From Aliivibrio fischeri ES114 (lineage in GTDB: Bacteria > Pseudomonadota > Gammaproteobacteria > Enterobacterales > Vibrionaceae): a stretch of DNA of 32,000 bases. Of the stretch, positions 9,967 to 18,888 are shown piece by piece; the first letter of the stretch is position 1; every line of letters starts with the position of its first letter. The stretch lies in assembly GCF_000011805.1 (NCBI RefSeq), contig NC_006841.2; one strand, written 5' to 3'. The notes beneath the pieces were generated by a model. The model searched no databases, was not told where the DNA came from, and saw only the letters and a program-made list of their open reading frames with translations. A program made the position numbers and the translations under genes.

Positions 9967-10056
9967 CGCAAGAGTATAATGATTTATCCCTAATGAAAGT
10001 TAACAATTTGGTGCATGAAGAAAATTATTTATTGATAAATTGATTTATAATAAAAA

Positions 10057-10956
10057 TCACAAACTGCGGATAGGCAACCAATATTCGACATCAATTATCC
10101 CTTGAGTCGTATCTGATCGATAAATTTCCAGATCAAAGCCCTCGATACCTTGATGGCCTGATGTCGGTAACCATTCAGATATAAGCCATTCAACAGATTT
10201 AGAAAAATCTTGTGCTGCACCTTTAAAGGGCAAAACAGCATACTCTTGTTCTGGAATCGTGATTATTTGTAAATCAGCTTTATGTAGGTTCAACTCATCA
10301 ATAGAAAGAGCGTCACAACTAATACCAGCCCAATAAAGTAAAAAGTCAGCATTCTCTTCACGAGTATCAATAACCGCATATTTCTGCTCTGGAATAGATG
10401 ATAAACACGTAATATACGTATCTAATGCATTCCACACCGAAGGGACTTTTTCGATAAAATCTGGAGTGTCAGATAAAATACCTTGTACTCTGGTGCTTAA
10501 TCCGAGCACTTTGAAACTGGGTTTATATTCAAGACGAACACGATAAAAATGTGAGTTAAGTAATGGGTCTACATTTACTTGCTTTAAAAATGGTTTTTGA
10601 ATCCCTATTTTTTTCGCTTGCTTTTGGTATTCACGTGGTGACTTATGAAAATATTGTTTAAATGCACGACTAAACGCAATTTCAGAAGTAAATCCATAAG
10701 AATAAGCGATATCTAACATACGCTTTTTTTTATCCAAAACCTCCAGTGCAGACATACTTAGACGTTGTTCTCGAACATATTGCGCAACATTCATACCTGT
10801 GTAATTCTGAAACACTCTTTGTAATTGCCATCGAGACCAACAGCTCATTTCTGCTAAAATTTCGACAGTTAATGGCTTATCTATATTTTGGTGGATAAAT
10901 ACCAAAATATTCTCAATTCGATTAAACGATTTATCTATTTCAAAATCGGTCGACAT
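10057..10956 (-). CDS. AraC family transcriptional regulator with C-terminal GyrI-like effector-binding domain
   Basis: Two HTH units (LTVEILAEMSCWSRWQLQRVFQNYTGMNVAQYVREQRLSMSA... / ILDIAYSYGFTSEIAFSRAFKQYFHKSPREYQ), then an AraC-binding/GyrI-like domain ending in IEVYLPI-type sequence (GIIDVEYWLPI). Track start is 10974; Met7 at 10956 is an alternative. Confidence 0.9.
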   Translation of the reverse strand: MSTDFEIDKSFNRIENILVFIHQNIDKPLTVEILAEMSCWSRWQLQRVFQNYTGMNVAQYVREQRLSMSALEVLDKKKRMLDIAYSYGFTSEIAFSRAFKQYFHKSPREYQKQAKKIGIQKPFLKQVNVDPLLNSHFYRVRLEYKPSFKVLGLSTRVQGILSDTPDFIEKVPSVWNALDTYITCLSSIPEQKYAVIDTREENADFLLYWAGISCDALSIDELNLHKADLQIITIPEQEYAVLPFKGAAQDFSKSVEWLISEWLPTSGHQGIEGFDLEIYRSDTTQGIIDVEYWLPIRSL

Positions 10957-11041
10957 ATAAAACTCCAAACACATTAACTCTATATAGCTTACATTGTGTT
11001 CTATGGCTTATCAAAAACATAACCGAGAAATAGTAAAATAA

Positions 11042-11073
11042 AAAACGGAAGACCCAACTGGATCTTCCGTTTT
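11042..11073 (-). terminator. Probable (bidirectional) terminator downstream of the PTS gene
   Basis: AAAACGGAAGA...TCTTCCGTTTT inverted repeat with A/T tracts on both sides, located just 3' of the minus-strand PTS gene. Confidence 0.75.
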
Positions 11074-11095
11074 AAAAGTGAATCAAATAATGCAG

Positions 11096-12706
11096 TTACA
11101 AATTATACTTATCGAGGATCTGATTCTTATATATCTCCGCTTGTGTGCCGTAAATGATTTGAACACCATTACCAGAGCGGATCACCCCTTTTGCTTGCAA
11201 TGATCGCCATACCTCATCAGAAGCGACAATATCCGTATCTTTTACTGTGACTCTCAAACGAGTAATACATGCGTCAAGGCTCTCAATATTGTTAATGCCT
11301 CCGAGTTCCTTCACTATATCGTCAATTAACTCTGATGATTTATTCTTTTTATAGCTGTCTCTTGTTTGCAGTTTATTATCTGCATCATTTCGCCCTGGAG
11401 TTGAATAATTGAACTTACGGATCATAAAACTAAAGATAAAGTAATAAACCACTGAATAAATTGGTCCTAAAATCAGGATCCACTGATAATCCGTTTTCTC
11501 TGTACCTTGTAATAGACCAAAGAAGGTAAAATCAATCAGGCCTCTTGAGAAGGTAATACCTACCGCCACATCTAGCATGTGCATTAACATGTAAGATAAT
11601 CCCTCAAGTACTGCATGAATCGCATACAATGCAGGAGCAACAAATAAGAAGGTAAACTCTAATGGCTCAGTAATACCGGTTAAAAACGACGTTAGCGCTG
11701 CCGAAATTAAAATGCCTTTAACCATCTTTTTATTTTTGTCATCGGCACAACGATACATAGCAAAAGCTGCAGCAGGCAAACCAAACATCATAGGTAAAAA
11801 GCCACCTGTCATTGTTCGAGTTGCTTCAGAGCTAAAATGCGTTACTGTTGGATCAGCAAGTTGTGCAAAAAATATTTTCTGACCACCAGAAACCATTTGC
11901 CCTGCAACTTCCTGCACTCCACCTAATTCGGTATACCAAAACAGAGGATAAATTGCGTGATGTAAGCCAAATACATTAAGAATACGCATTCCAGAGCCAT
12001 AGAAGAATGTACCTATGTATCCCATAGCGGAGAATGCCTCACCCGCTGCCACAATGCTTTTAAAGATAGTTGGCCAAATAATCGGAAACAAAAATGCCAA
12101 AGGAATAAAGTAAAGCATTGTCATTACTGGAACTAAACGGTTTCCACTAAAAAATGCCAGATAATCTGGTAACTGTTTATTTGAGTATTTATTCGTTAAA
12201 TATGCTGCTAATAAACCACAGATGATCCCACCAAACACCCCTGTTTGTAAGGTAAACATTCCTAATTCATGCGTATAAAGAGATGACAGGCCTACTGCTT
12301 CTACTGGGCCATAGCCCAAAGCAATGAGTCCATCAACCGTTGTCGTTTCAGGCGTTAATCCTTGGAAACCTAATATTGTTCCAATAACAGTGTGAAATAA
12401 TAGAAAACCAATCACCGCAGAAATTGCAGCCGTTTCTTTGTTTTTGTTTGCCATTCCGATTGCAACACCAACAGCAAATAAGAGCGGTAAATTCATAAAA
12501 ACAAACAAACCAGCTTTGAAACAAAGAATCAAAAATTGATTAGCCACAGTACCGGGCTGTAAAAAGGTTAGATTATATGTATCAATCAGTGGTCCACTGG
12601 TAAACGCCCCACCGACACCCAGTAAAATACCAGCCATCGGCAACACTGCTATTGGTAGCATAAATGCTCGACCAATCCTTTGTAGCATTGAAAATATGTT
12701 TTCCAT
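11096..12706 (-). CDS. PTS transporter EIICB, glucose/maltose/N-acetylglucosamine superfamily
   Basis: 536 aa; EIIC (MLPIAVLPMAGILLGVGGAF..., GITEPLEFTFLFVAPALY) and EIIB domain (LDACITRLRVTVKD, the phosphorylatable Cys motif). Substrate not inferable with confidence. Confidence 0.9.
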   Translation of the reverse strand: MENIFSMLQRIGRAFMLPIAVLPMAGILLGVGGAFTSGPLIDTYNLTFLQPGTVANQFLILCFKAGLFVFMNLPLLFAVGVAIGMANKNKETAAISAVIGFLLFHTVIGTILGFQGLTPETTTVDGLIALGYGPVEAVGLSSLYTHELGMFTLQTGVFGGIICGLLAAYLTNKYSNKQLPDYLAFFSGNRLVPVMTMLYFIPLAFLFPIIWPTIFKSIVAAGEAFSAMGYIGTFFYGSGMRILNVFGLHHAIYPLFWYTELGGVQEVAGQMVSGGQKIFFAQLADPTVTHFSSEATRTMTGGFLPMMFGLPAAAFAMYRCADDKNKKMVKGILISAALTSFLTGITEPLEFTFLFVAPALYAIHAVLEGLSYMLMHMLDVAVGITFSRGLIDFTFFGLLQGTEKTDYQWILILGPIYSVVYYFIFSFMIRKFNYSTPGRNDADNKLQTRDSYKKNKSSELIDDIVKELGGINNIESLDACITRLRVTVKDTDIVASDEVWRSLQAKGVIRSGNGVQIIYGTQAEIYKNQILDKYNL

Positions 12707-12946
12707 TTTTATCTCCAGTTAACAAATAGACCTAACCAATAACCAATCTGATTTTTATTTCATTAAATAAATTATTATGAAGTTATACTCCAAAAGATAG
12801 CATTACGGAGTTTAACTTCAAGATGCAAAAGTTGTAATGTAGATCTACTTCAATGATTTTTTGATAAAACGAAAATTAAGTGTGATTTAGAGCGGATTAA
12901 ATCGAGAAGTGAGCATTTTTCGATAATGCCGAATTTAAAACAAAAA

Positions 12947-12974
12947 AAATGGAAGCGATGAGTCGCTTCCATTT
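12947..12974 (-). terminator. Terminator downstream of ybiT-like gene
   Basis: AAATGGAAGCGA-tgag-TCGCTTCCATTT, 12-bp stem, with T-tract on the minus strand (rc of caaaaaaaa). Confidence 0.8.
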
Positions 12975-12999
12975 AATTTGATTAAAAGAAAATCAGGAA

Positions 13000-14595
13000 T
13001 TAGCCTTTAAGACCTTGTTTCTTTAGGTATTCTTCGTATGTACCGTGGAAATCGTTCACGCCATCTTTTGTGATTTCGATAATGCGTGTTGCAATTGAAG
13101 ATACGAACTGACGGTCATGAGATACAAACATTAATGTACCTTTGTAGTTCTCTAGAGCCAAGTTCAATGCTTCAATTGATTCCATATCCATGTGGTTTGT
13201 TGGTTCATCCATAAGAAGGATGTTTGGCTTTTGCATGATCAGCTTACCAAATAACATACGACCTTGCTCACCACCAGAAATCACTTTAACTGATTTCTTA
13301 ATGTCGTTTTGAGAGAAAAGCATACGACCAAGAATGCCACGAACCACTTGTTCGTCATCGCCTTCTTGTTTCCACTGACCCATCCAATCTAATAGGTTTA
13401 GATCTTCTGCAAAGTCGTGACCGTGATCTTGAGCATAGAAACCAATATTGTTATTTTCAGACCATTTGATCATGCCTGACATTGGTTCCATTGCACCAGC
13501 TAACGTGTTTAAGAACGTTGATTTACCGATACCATTCTCACCGATGATCGCGATACGCTCACCCACTTCAACCATTAGGTTTACACCGTTGATTAAAATG
13601 TTTTCACCGTAACCTTGTTTTAAACCTTCCACTTCTAACGCATTACGGAAAAGTGGTTTCTCTTGGTCAAAACGGATAAATGGAGATTGACGGCTTGATG
13701 CTTTGATCTCAGTTAATTGAATTTTATCCAGTTGTTTTTGACGAGAGGTTGCTTGTTTCGCTTTTGATGCGTTTGCAGAGAAACGGCTTACGAACGTTTG
13801 TAAGTCAGCAATTTGTGCTTTCTTCTTCGCATTATCTGCTTGAAGTTGTTCACGAGCTTGTTCTGCTGCTGTCATGTACTCATCGTAGTTACCTGGGAAC
13901 AGGCAAAGTTCACCGTAATCTAAGTCAGCCATGTGCGTACATACTGAGTTTAAGAAATGACGGTCGTGCGAGATAATGATCATTGTACAGTTACGAGCAA
14001 GAAGGATATCTTCTAACCACGCAATAGTGTGCATGTCCAAGTTGTTCGTTGGTTCATCAAGAAGCATGATGTCAGGTTCTGCAAATAGAACTTGTGCTAA
14101 AAGAACACGAACTTTAAGACCAGGAGCAACTTCACTCATTAAACCAAAGTGTTGTGATTCAGGAAGACCTAAACCTAATAGAAGTTCACCCGCACGAGCT
14201 TCAGCAGAGTAACCATCCATTTCAGCGAATTCAGTTTCTAAATCACCAACACGCATACCATCTTCATCAGACATTTCTGGTAAAGAATAGATACGGTCGC
14301 GTTCTTCTTTGATTTTCCACAGTTCTTTATGACCCATGATAACAGTGTCAATTACTGTGTATTCTTCAAATGCGAACTGATCTTGACCTAATTTAGCCAT
14401 ACGCTCATTAGGATCAGTTGATACTGTACCTGCTGATTGCTCCAACTCTCCACCCAAGATTTTCATAAAGGTAGATTTACCACAGCCATTCGCGCCGATT
14501 AAACCGTAACGGTTACCGTTACCAAACTTAACAGAAATATTTTCAAAAAGTGGCTTATCGCCAAATTGCATTGTGATGTTAGCAGTCGTTAGCAC
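13000..14595 (-). CDS. ybiT: ABC-F family ATP-binding protein (YbiT-like)
   Basis: Two ATPase cassettes ([21 protein letters not shown]; [21 protein letters not shown]). Highly similar to remembered E. coli YbiT. The track ORF begins with TTG at 14607; GTG at 14595 ([12 protein letters not shown]) lines up with YbiT MLVSSNVTMQFG. Confidence 0.92.
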   Translation of the reverse strand: MLTTANITMQFGDKPLFENISVKFGNGNRYGLIGANGCGKSTFMKILGGELEQSAGTVSTDPNERMAKLGQDQFAFEEYTVIDTVIMGHKELWKIKEERDRIYSLPEMSDEDGMRVGDLETEFAEMDGYSAEARAGELLLGLGLPESQHFGLMSEVAPGLKVRVLLAQVLFAEPDIMLLDEPTNNLDMHTIAWLEDILLARNCTMIIISHDRHFLNSVCTHMADLDYGELCLFPGNYDEYMTAAEQAREQLQADNAKKKAQIADLQTFVSRFSANASKAKQATSRQKQLDKIQLTEIKASSRQSPFIRFDQEKPLFRNALEVEGLKQGYGENILINGVNLMVEVGERIAIIGENGIGKSTFLNTLAGAMEPMSGMIKWSENNNIGFYAQDHGHDFAEDLNLLDWMGQWKQEGDDEQVVRGILGRMLFSQNDIKKSVKVISGGEQGRMLFGKLIMQKPNILLMDEPTNHMDMESIEALNLALENYKGTLMFVSHDRQFVSSIATRIIEITKDGVNDFHGTYEEYLKKQGLKG

Positions 14596-14719
14596 AGTAC
14601 ATTCCAATTATTGATCAATGAGACAGAAAAAAGCTGGTACAAAAACCAGCTTTTCAAATTTAGGGGGAGTATAGCAGCATTTGTGATTTCCATCACTTTT
14701 TATTCTGTTTCATTATTTA

Positions 14720-15124
14720 TCAACGACTCACACGATAACCAATTAATGAAGGAACTTCACAATCCATAGTTTCTATATAGATATTTCGCTCTCTCCACAT
14801 CACTTCCATATCGTATAGACAAAATGAATATTGTTTAGGGTCAATCAGCCATTTATGTTTAATTTTTACTGATACAGACGTAAATAACTCATTATCATTT
14901 CCCCACCATGCTAAAACTAAATACTTATAGTTCTCTCCATCATGATAAATAGCAAACGCGGCGGTTTCTCGCCAATTAACCTCTGATTGAGACTTAACTG
15001 TAGCAAGTCGTTTATTAAACATTGAGATATTAATTGGTTTATTTTCCGCTGATATTGTATAAATTTTAATCCCATCAATATCTATCCAATGCACATCACT
15101 TTCTATTGTTCTCGGTTGGTACAT
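14720..15124 (-). CDS. Hypothetical protein
   Basis: 134 aa ORF with ATG start (MYQPRTIESDVHWIDIDGIKIYTISAENK...); no family recognised. Confidence 0.6.
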   Translation of the reverse strand: MYQPRTIESDVHWIDIDGIKIYTISAENKPINISMFNKRLATVKSQSEVNWRETAAFAIYHDGENYKYLVLAWWGNDNELFTSVSVKIKHKWLIDPKQYSFCLYDMEVMWRERNIYIETMDCEVPSLIGYRVSR

Positions 15125-15314
15125 GACTCATCCCTAGCCTGTAAATAAAAGATATAAAACAGTTGTCATTATTATAGGTTATTGAAATATAATAGGATGA
15201 CCGACCTGGATTGTGTATAAATTAACCACTAAAACCTTTGCAATGCGATCAACTACTCTTTTATCTGAGCTTTTATTGCAACAAATACTTCTAATAAAAA
15301 TACAGTACATAAAA

Positions 15315-15340
15315 AAGGCCTAAACCGAAGTCTAAGCCTT
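15315..15340 (-). terminator. Terminator downstream of the VOC/glyoxalase gene
   Basis: Minus strand AAGGCTTAGAC-TTCG-GTTTAGGCCTT followed by TTTT; UUCG-type tetraloop closed by C-G. Confidence 0.8.
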
Positions 15341-15353
15341 AATCATCTTAATT

Positions 15354-15839
15354 TTACTCGTACTCAGCAGAATACGTTTCTTTATACGTATGAGAATAAA
15401 GTTCAAATAAGTTGCCAAATGGGTCTTCTAAATACACCATTTGTGATGTGTTGTTATCATCTTCTGGGTGGTAACGCATAATATCCATTCGTACTTTACC
15501 GCCAAACTCTTCAGTACGAGCGATCACGCCGTGAAAGTCATCTGTTTGAAGACAGAAATGGAAGATACCGATTCGAGAGAAATCAACTTCATGACGTTCT
15601 TGACGCTCTTTCATTTCAAATAACTCAAAACCAATGCCGTCTTTTGTTAATAAGTGTGCAATATTGAAACCTTTAAAGCCTTCACCAAATACAGCAATAC
15701 ACATTCTGCCAATTGCGGTTTCACGCTCTTCTTCAACTTTTGTGTTACCCATTACCACTTCAAGACCAAGCGCTTTTGTGTAAAACTCAACCGCTTTATC
15801 CATATCGCCAACCATGATGCCTACGTGATTCATTTTCAT
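15354..15839 (-). CDS. VOC (glyoxalase/bleomycin resistance/dioxygenase) superfamily protein
   Basis: 161 aa; MNHVGIMVGDMDKAVEFYTKALGLEVV ... GIFHFCLQTDDFHGVIARTEEFGG ... MVYLEDPFGNLFELYSH. Confidence 0.9.
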   Translation of the reverse strand: MKMNHVGIMVGDMDKAVEFYTKALGLEVVMGNTKVEEERETAIGRMCIAVFGEGFKGFNIAHLLTKDGIGFELFEMKERQERHEVDFSRIGIFHFCLQTDDFHGVIARTEEFGGKVRMDIMRYHPEDDNNTSQMVYLEDPFGNLFELYSHTYKETYSAEYE

Positions 15840-15965
15840 AAATTACCTCAAATTAAGTTTTATAATTCGTTGTTCGTTTCGATGAGGTAATAATAGTAAA
15901 CTCGTTTGATAATATGAAATTATCGATATTTATTATTTTGATAATTTATTGTTATAACAAAAGTA

Positions 15966-15992
15966 AAAGGCTCAACCTAAGTCAGAGCCTTT
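15966..15992 (-). terminator. Terminator downstream of the CatB-like gene
   Basis: AAAGGCTC...GAGCCTTT inverted repeat followed on the minus strand by TTAC TTTTG. Confidence 0.7.
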
Positions 15993-16005
15993 AAACTAAT
16001 ATCAA

Positions 16006-16662
16006 TTAAGAGCCTACATTCTTTATAAAATACTGCTCTAATTCTTCAATATGCCCACTACATAGGATCTCCATTGTATTTTTAATGTGTTGCAGTGGCC
16101 AATCCCACCACTTTATGACTAATAATGTTTGAATTAAATTTTCATCAAATCGTTTTTTAACCACCACATTATTTCCTACCACAACGGAATAAGGTGCCAC
16201 ATTTTTAGTAATAACGGCTCTAGCTCCAATGATTGCACCATCTCCAATATGAACGCCAGGCATAATCATTGCCTCACTACCAATCCATACATCGTTACCC
16301 ACAATGGTATCGCCAGCTCTTTGAAAGCCATCTTTCACACCTTCGCCAAACTCTTTTTTTGAAAATGGAAATGTTGATATCCAATCGGCTCTATGTCCTT
16401 GATTGCCAGCCATCATAAATGTTGCCCCTGATGCAATAGAGCAAAATTTACCTATTCGGAGTTTATCAACCTCTCCAAACTGTCCGCTCTCCCACACTTC
16501 TTGTGTAGGAGCATCTCCTAATAAGTAACGAACAGCTTGCTCCTCAAAGGTCTTAGAGTGATAAAAACCTGAATAATAGCTATAATCTCCAACTTCAATA
16601 TTTGGGTTCTTAACCTGTTCTTTGAGGTTTTGACCTTCAAGCCAACTATTAAACGCTTCCAT
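16006..16662 (-). CDS. catB: CatB-like xenobiotic/chloramphenicol acetyltransferase (left-handed beta-helix hexapeptide repeat)
   Basis: 218 aa; NIEVGDYSYYSGFYHSKTFEEQAVRYLLGD, IGKFCSIASGATFMMAGNQGHRADWISTFPF, TIVGNDVWIGSEAMIMPGVHIGDGAIIGARAVITKNVAPYSVVVGN. Confidence 0.88.
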   Translation of the reverse strand: MEAFNSWLEGQNLKEQVKNPNIEVGDYSYYSGFYHSKTFEEQAVRYLLGDAPTQEVWESGQFGEVDKLRIGKFCSIASGATFMMAGNQGHRADWISTFPFSKKEFGEGVKDGFQRAGDTIVGNDVWIGSEAMIMPGVHIGDGAIIGARAVITKNVAPYSVVVGNNVVVKKRFDENLIQTLLVIKWWDWPLQHIKNTMEILCSGHIEELEQYFIKNVGS

Positions 16663-16751
16663 TTATTCTTTCTCTTAAATTAATCTTGCTGAAAGTATAA
16701 TCAGTCTCTATTATTTCCAGTAGAGACCATTTAGATAAACAGAATTACCAT

Positions 16752-17660
16752 ATGGAAATAAAGTGGCTTCACTACATCCCTATTTATGTTGCCTTATGCG
16801 AAGAGAGAAGCATTGCTGGAGCAGCCAAAAGATTAAAGTGTTCGAATGCACACATAAGTAGACAACTACAACAATTAGAAAGCATTTTATCTGTTCAACT
16901 CATTCACAGAACAACGCGACAATTCAATCTTACTTATGATGGAATTGAATTTTACAAACAAGCAAAGCATCTACTAGACAGTGCCGAAGCCATCAACGCA
17001 AAATTATTATCACCTGAAAGCATGGCTGGTAAGTTACGTATTGCTGCTTCTGCGTCATTTGGTTCGATATTACTAACAGAACCCCTCGCTGAATTCTGTC
17101 GAACATATCCGAAAATAGATATTGAAGTTATCTTTACAGAAAGTCCTTTGGATCTTATCGAGCTTGGTTTTGATGTGGCTTTTTATCTGACTAATTCCCC
17201 ACCGGAAGGGTATGTAGGTCATTATTTTCGCTCATTGCAGTGCAAACCCTTTGCTCATATAAATTATATGCGGAACCAAGGGGAAGTTACCCACCCTTCA
17301 CACCTAAATAAGTTAAACCATATTCTTTATAAAAATACGGATTTCACACTAAATAATTGGACCTTTAATAATATAAAATCAAAAGAGAATATAGCGATTA
17401 ATCTTGAAGGCTCTTTTAGCGTTAATTTGGTTGCATCTATGGTAGACGCAATGCTAAATGAGTGCGGTGTTGCTATGTTGGATGAGTTAGCATTGTCTAA
17501 ATTGTCACAAACAAAAAGAAATGAAATCGTTCAATTAATCCCAAGTTGGGAAACACAGCCAATACTCCCTTTATATCTTCTCTATCCTAAAAGAAAACAT
17601 TTACCTCAGCGAACAAAACTATTCGTTGATTTCTTTAGAGATTACTTAGGTAATATTTAA
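16752..17660 (+). CDS. LysR family transcriptional regulator
   Basis: 302 aa; N-terminal HTH (YVALCEERSIAGAAKRLKCSNAHISRQLQQLESILSVQLIHRTTRQFNLTYDG) and LysR substrate-binding domain. Divergent from the CatB-like gene. Confidence 0.9.
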   Translation: MEIKWLHYIPIYVALCEERSIAGAAKRLKCSNAHISRQLQQLESILSVQLIHRTTRQFNLTYDGIEFYKQAKHLLDSAEAINAKLLSPESMAGKLRIAASASFGSILLTEPLAEFCRTYPKIDIEVIFTESPLDLIELGFDVAFYLTNSPPEGYVGHYFRSLQCKPFAHINYMRNQGEVTHPSHLNKLNHILYKNTDFTLNNWTFNNIKSKENIAINLEGSFSVNLVASMVDAMLNECGVAMLDELALSKLSQTKRNEIVQLIPSWETQPILPLYLLYPKRKHLPQRTKLFVDFFRDYLGNI

Positions 17661-17700
17661 TAAAAGCAATACGCTACCAACCAATCAACCTTCTGAAAAA

Positions 17701-17805
17701 CAAAAAAGCGAGCCATCATAGCTCGCTTTTCAATATTCTGTATGTTAGAAGAAATTACAGCAGTTCAACCGATTGTTGTGCAATTACAAATTCTTCGTTA
17801 GTTGG
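17701..17805 (-). pseudogene. Truncated second copy of the ackA 3' end (last 16 codons plus stop) and its terminator
   Basis: 17701-17805 matches 19882-19987 with 4 substitutions and one A-tract indel. 17755-17805 on the minus strand encodes PTNEEFVIAQQSVELL*, identical in protein to the C-terminus of AckA at 19937. Confidence 0.9.
17704..17730. terminator. Duplicate terminator hairpin
   Basis: AAAAGCGAGC-catcata-GCTCGCTTTT; same hairpin as at 19886-19912. Confidence 0.8.
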
Positions 17806-17938
17806 CAAAGTATTAGTACAGCACACACATTACAGCGTACTTCAGCAAACTTTTGGACAAAAGCTGTTAGAGTCTGAACTACTCAAATTTCCGAGCCTCA
17901 TATTTAAACAGTAAACTGTGCATAACTTTGAATTTTAT

Positions 17939-18784
17939 CTAACGCTTAAATATACTCAGGATCGTATTAACAAATTGTTCTGGTTCTTCTAGCATTGGCG
18001 TATGTGATACACCTTCTAACTTAATTAGCTGTAATGATTTAAAGGTGCCTTCAATACTTTCCCATACCTCAATTGGAGCAATGCTAAAATCTAGTTCCCC
18101 ATTAATGACGATGACATCCAAGTTTGATGAAAACTGCGTAAGTTCGATATCTCTGAATATTTCTCCCCAAAGCGTATCTAGTAGCGGTGTATTCATTTCA
18201 ACATCATCCCACAAAAGCAACTCATCAAATGATGCATCTTTCCATCTCATTGGACCTAATCTACGACAGATATGCGCAAACTTACGTTCTGGCTGTCTGG
18301 TGATATCACTTTCTAGTCTAGCCATACTTGTATCTAGCAACTTTTTTCGCTGTTCAGAAGCATTTTCAGACCAATGAGCAAACTGCTTTTCTTGCATATC
18401 ACGTGATAGACTTGGTGCGGCGCCAACTACAATCAACTTTTCGATATTTATTCTCGTATTACTTGCAAAATGCATTGCCATATAAGCATGGCCTGAATGC
18501 CCTAATACACTAGTTTTAGTTAGATTAAGACCTTCGCATATTACTTGGATATCACGAGTAATAGTATCTAAGCTGATAGGTTCAACAGGATTTGAGGCAT
18601 CACACTTGGAAAACCCGCGATGATCCACATACACACAAGTAAAGTAATCATGCAAAGATTCAGGAATTACTTTCTTGTAGTAGTTCACACTACCAATAAT
18701 TAACAAGTATGGGCCAGTCCCATGCTGCTCAACTTGTAATTGATAATTGTCACAATGGACAATTAATAAGTTTCTATCATTCAT
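17939..18784 (-). CDS. Alpha/beta fold hydrolase
   Basis: 281 aa; oxyanion/early strand YVDHRGFSKCD, nucleophile elbow LGHSGHAYMAM, late Asp/His region VINGELDFSIAPIEVW and LEGVSHTPMLEEPEQF. Confidence 0.88.
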   Translation of the reverse strand: MNDRNLLIVHCDNYQLQVEQHGTGPYLLIIGSVNYYKKVIPESLHDYFTCVYVDHRGFSKCDASNPVEPISLDTITRDIQVICEGLNLTKTSVLGHSGHAYMAMHFASNTRINIEKLIVVGAAPSLSRDMQEKQFAHWSENASEQRKKLLDTSMARLESDITRQPERKFAHICRRLGPMRWKDASFDELLLWDDVEMNTPLLDTLWGEIFRDIELTQFSSNLDVIVINGELDFSIAPIEVWESIEGTFKSLQLIKLEGVSHTPMLEEPEQFVNTILSIFKR

Positions 18785-18888
18785 TCATATTCTCAATATG
18801 GTTGCTATGAAGCAATTCTAAGACATGGTTTAGGTCGATTAAATGAGCTAATATGGGTTTCTATAACTCAAATTTTGGGATAATCATG

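Noticed and set aside
13749-14212. Plus-strand ORFs within the ABC-F gene (one rich in Arg/Ser)
   Set aside because: Shadow frames of a highly conserved gene.
15654-15890. Plus-strand ORF over the VOC gene
   Set aside because: Antisense to a gene with strong family match.
18045-18513. Plus-strand ORFs over the hydrolase gene
   Set aside because: Antisense shadow frames without features.
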